Shown piece by piece: positions 33,194-36,515 of a stretch of 36,515 nucleotides of DNA (position 1 is its first letter; each line of letters begins with the position of its first letter). Location: UHGV virus genome UHGV-0074145; one strand, written 5' to 3'. A program made the translations under genes and the position numbers. This DNA comes from a virus. Under the pieces are notes generated by a model. That model did not search any database, was not told the DNA's origin, and saw only the letters and a list, made by a program, of their open reading frames with translations.

Positions 33194-36100
33194 TTAATAC
33201 CACACCGATTTGCTCACGCCGAACGCGCTGTACAGCGCGCGGCGCACCTTCTTCGGCGTGTCCGGAACGGCGGCGTCGATCGCCTTCTTCATTTTTCGCG
33301 CCTTGGAAAGCGCGACCGTGTTGCCCGCCTTGTCCTTGTCCGATGTGATGCCGCGCGTCGCCGCGTATGCCGCAAGGAATTCATCCACGCTGCCGCCCGC
33401 GTCCTGCACGGCGGTGTACTTGTCGTGCAGCTCGTCCGAGATCAGCTCGTACATCGCCTCCTCCTTCGCCGAAGCGGGCAGCGAGCTGTCTGCGATCGCC
33501 GTCGCGCGGTCCGCGCTCGTGATTTTCTCCTCCTCCCGGCCATAGGATGCCGCAAGCACCTTGTAAATGTCTGCGTCCTTGCCGCCGCGCCGCCGCAGCT
33601 CGTCGATGAAGTCCTGCGCGTCGTCGTTCGCGAAGTAATGGTAGTAGACCGTCGCTTTTTCCGCGTCTGTGAGGATCAGGTCGTGCTTCAGATATTCGCG
33701 CTTGTCGGCGACCTTCTCTTGCAGCACAAACCCGCTCATGAAGCGGTAGACCTTCATGTGATCGACCTGCAGCGTGACCTCCAGCGCGTCCATGACCGCC
33801 TTTTCGTTGGTTGTCGCCACATCGCCGTAGAGCAGCAGTGCCTTGAGCCGCCCATTCAAGGGCAGGTTGTCGATTTTCTCAACCTTCGCCGCCTTAGAGG
33901 CTGCCGATGCTTCTTCCCGCAATTCGCTGTATTCTTGCGCTTTTTCCCGTTTCTGTTCCTTCGGCAAGTCTTCAGAAACTGCATCCTCGGCAATCCTCAG
34001 CTTTTCGGCATAGGAGTCTTTGACCGTCTTGCCTGCGTTGTACACATCCTGCAAGGCGTCGAAGCTCTCCTCCGGCTTGCCGCCCGCCGCACGCATCTGC
34101 TGCCACAGCGCGGTTTCCTCTGTCGAGAGATAACGCCCGCCGAAGAAGCTCTCGCGATATTCCTCGTTCGCCGTCGGGCCGAACAGCACCGCGCGGATAG
34201 AATCCCACAGATTCATGTCGGACGCAAACATCAGCTTGCCGCTGCTCGAATACATGCCCTTGTCGGCAATCAGCTTTACTCCGCGCGCAGTTTTCTTGAT
34301 CTGCGAGCCGAACGGTCTCCATGTCGCCAAATCGGACGGGATCTGCGCGGCGGCGCCCTTGAAGTCGCCGCTTGCCGCTTTTGTCACCGCCTTGATCTGC
34401 GGCAGCGGCAGCTTGCTGTTTGTCACGCCGAGCATCGCAAGGATGTTGTTGACCAGCGGCACATCGTCGCCGACTTCATCGCCGAACGCACCGATCGCAT
34501 TCTGCGTCGAGAAATCGCCGCGCGCTCTTGTGCCGAGCTTTCGCTCGCCGGTCATCGTCCGGCAAAGGTCGTCGGCAAGCGTCAGCAGAAAATCGTTGCC
34601 GGTGAGATTCCAGCCTGCGCCGAGGCTGTCCACAAGAATGCCGAGTGCGTCCCCCGCTGCCGGTGTCTGCCCATAGAGCAGCTCCGCAAGCCGGTTGAAT
34701 ACAAACACATTGATAAGCGCCGACAACAGCTCGCGTGCGATTTTGCGTACCGTGGCGTGCGTGCCGTGTGCCTTGTAATAAGCGCGGTACTTTGCCGGGA
34801 CATCCCGCGCCACATACTCCGCAAAATTCAGCTGCTCCAGCTGGAACGCAGTCAGTGTGCGCGTGATTACATTCTTCTGATTGAACAGCACCGGCTTTGC
34901 CCCCTTCATACGGTTGCCGACCATCGCGGAAATGTACCGATCCGCCTCGCGGATTGCCGCGTCAAAGCCGATGTTCGGGTTTGCCTCTGTCACCTGATAA
35001 TACTTTGCGCGCAGGATCAGGCGCGTGACCGCCATGTCCACCGCCTCGAAGAACTTGCCGCCCGCAGCATTGATTTTTTCTTTCAATTTAAGTTCAGACG
35101 CATAGTCCACGCCGCGCTTGCCGGCGAGGAAAGTCGATTTCTTGTCGAACTCGGCGGTCTTGTTCAGGCGATCGCTGCCGGGGAGCATGTCCACAAATGC
35201 GCGGGTCATGTTGCGGATGCCGCATTCCGTGAGCGCAAACGGCAGCTGCACGGTCTGATTGAACGCGCTGGACAGATTGCCGACGATCGCGGCGGCAGAG
35301 TAGGTGTTGTTCAGCCGTTTGCCGAGATTCAGCGTCTTGCGTCCGATATTGTACTCGAACGCACGGTCGAAGCTCGTCTGCTTGCCCGCGATGTTGTTCG
35401 TGTAGTCGTCCAGCCAGGTCGCATAGGTGCCGAAATAGTTGTTGAGCTTAACTTCGTCGTAAGCCGCGGTCAGCTTTGCTTCGATGTCCGCAAAGCTCTT
35501 GTCCGGGTCTGGGCTGTACAGCTGCTCCTTCAGCTCGGCAATGTTCTTCGACACCGCGCCCGAGGCATACCGCTCGCGCAGCGCACCTGCCAGCGTCCGC
35601 AGCTTCTGAATGTCGTCGGTGTGATACAGCACCTCGGACAGGTAGGTGATGTAGCTGTCAAAGCCGCCGAGCGCGTCATACTGCACATTTTTGTTTTCCT
35701 TCGATGTGCGGTGCTCGAAGAACGGATTGTACTTCTTGCCCGGCTTGAACGTCTCCGTGCGCCCCGCGATCTCGGCGGGCAGCTCGGTCACCTCCTCGGT
35801 CTCGATGCCGAGCGCGTTCAGGCGCTCACGCAGCGCCGAGACATCTGCCTCTTTTTGCAGGCGCGGCATGTAGTTCTTCTGGAAGCCGATCGGCTTGTAC
35901 CCGTGCATCACAAGAAACTCGTTGATCGCATCATAGTACAGGTTGTAGCACGCACGGAAGACCGTCACCGCCGCGCGGCACTTTTCCACGTCGAGGTTCT
36001 TGCCCTTGTCCTTCAGCAGCTCGTAGAATGCAAGGCGGCTCTCCTTCGTGTCCTCGGCAAGCATCTGCACCGCCTGGCTTTCCAGCTTTGTCAGCTCCAG

Positions 36101-36515
36101 CTTGCGGATCTTGTCGATCTCCCGCTGCATAAACCGCTGGCGCTCCGCCTCGTTCTCGACCACCTTTTCAAAGATCGTCTCGTTGAGATAGCGCCCGATC
36201 TCCTCGCCGAAGACCATGCGGTTGTTGCGCAGCGCCGTGTTCGCCGTCAGCCGCCACTGTTGCACCGCTTTTTTGCCCGGCTCAATCGACGTCTTGAAGA
36301 TGTTCTGCGCCAGCTCCTCGGCATAGCGCTGCTTCTGCACCATGTAGAAAGTCTCGATGCCGTTGTCGCGCAGACCGCGCCGCGCAAGGTTCGCATACAC
36401 GAGATCGAGTACCACTTCACGGCGGCTGTCCTGCGAGATCTGCCCGAGGGTACGGATGCCCGTCGCCACATCGCGCGCGTCCGCGCGTTCAGCCGGCGAG
36501 GGGTGAGCAGCGCTT
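33194..36515 (-). CDS. Giant polyvalent/ejection protein, C-terminal ~1100 aa
   Basis: The track's 1091-aa ORF is open upstream to the window end. Joining base 1 to 36515 reads in frame (..ENEY-A-SAAHPSPAERADARDVATGIR..). Total 10017 bp, 3338 aa. Confidence 0.9.
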   Translation of the reverse strand, partial: SAAHPSPAERADARDVATGIRTLGQISQDSRREVVLDLVYANLARRGLRDNGIETFYMVQKQRYAEELAQNIFKTSIEPGKKAVQQWRLTANTALRNNRMVFGEEIGRYLNETIFEKVVENEAERQRFMQREIDKIRKLELTKLESQAVQMLAEDTKESRLAFYELLKDKGKNLDVEKCRAAVTVFRACYNLYYDAINEFLVMHGYKPIGFQKNYMPRLQKEADVSALRERLNALGIETEEVTELPAEIAGRTETFKPGKKYNPFFEHRTSKENKNVQYDALGGFDSYITYLSEVLYHTDDIQKLRTLAGALRERYASGAVSKNIAELKEQLYSPDPDKSFADIEAKLTAAYDEVKLNNYFGTYATWLDDYTNNIAGKQTSFDRAFEYNIGRKTLNLGKRLNNTYSAAAIVGNLSSAFNQTVQLPFALTECGIRNMTRAFVDMLPGSDRLNKTAEFDKKSTFLAGKRGVDYASELKLKEKINAAGGKFFEAVDMAVTRLILRAKYYQVTEANPNIGFDAAIREADRYISAMVGNRMKGAKPVLFNQKNVITRTLTAFQLEQLNFAEYVARDVPAKYRAYYKAHGTHATVRKIARELLSALINVFVFNRLAELLYGQTPAAGDALGILVDSLGAGWNLTGNDFLLTLADDLCRTMTGERKLGTRARGDFSTQNAIGAFGDEVGDDVPLVNNILAMLGVTNSKLPLPQIKAVTKAASGDFKGAAAQIPSDLATWRPFGSQIKKTARGVKLIADKGMYSSSGKLMFASDMNLWDSIRAVLFGPTANEEYRESFFGGRYLSTEETALWQQMRAAGGKPEESFDALQDVYNAGKTVKDSYAEKLRIAEDAVSEDLPKEQKREKAQEYSELREEASAASKAAKVEKIDNLPLNGRLKALLLYGDVATTNEKAVMDALEVTLQVDHMKVYRFMSGFVLQEKVADKREYLKHDLILTDAEKATVYYHYFANDDAQDFIDELRRRGGKDADIYKVLAASYGREEEKITSADRATAIADSSLPASAKEEAMYELISDELHDKYTAVQDAGGSVDEFLAAYAATRGITSDKDKAGNTVALSKARKMKKAIDAAVPDTPKKVRRALYSAFGVSKSVWY

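Larger units (their letters stand above)
1..36515. mobile_element. Complete circular temperate phage genome, podovirus-like
   Basis: All modules present, ends join in frame, intact attP, no tail tube or tape-measure gene recognised. Confidence 0.9.

Overview
The window appears to be a complete, circular (excised-form) 36,515-bp temperate phage genome from a high-GC Clostridia-type host (Oscillospiraceae-like is an inference). Circularity is visible in the sequence: a giant minus-strand gene starts at 6695, runs off position 1 without a stop (so the ORF track misses it) and continues in frame at 36515 to its stop at 33194, giving about 3338 aa. An intact attP lies next to a tyrosine integrase and carries a tRNA 3'-end core. 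The modules are lysogeny (cI/cro, ImmA-like membrane protease, membrane protein, integrase), early genes (PcfK/PcfJ-like, DUF3102-like, HUH Rep, late activator), packaging and head, collagen adaptor plus a phosphatase-bearing fibre, a lysis cassette containing a papain-like protease, and a podovirus-like nozzle and ejection module ending in the polyvalent giant protein. The most striking unannotated signals are: (1) a complete small-RNA gene (consensus promoter, ~73-nt hairpin, U7 terminator) hidden antisense inside the giant gene at the end of its MuF-C-like nuclease domain; (2) a 15-bp perfect anti-SD stem that would allow translation of the ImmA-like gene only from its own promoter; (3) a mini tRNA-like element inside a direct-repeat-flanked Rep cassette. 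Family assignments come from motif recognition, not database searches.
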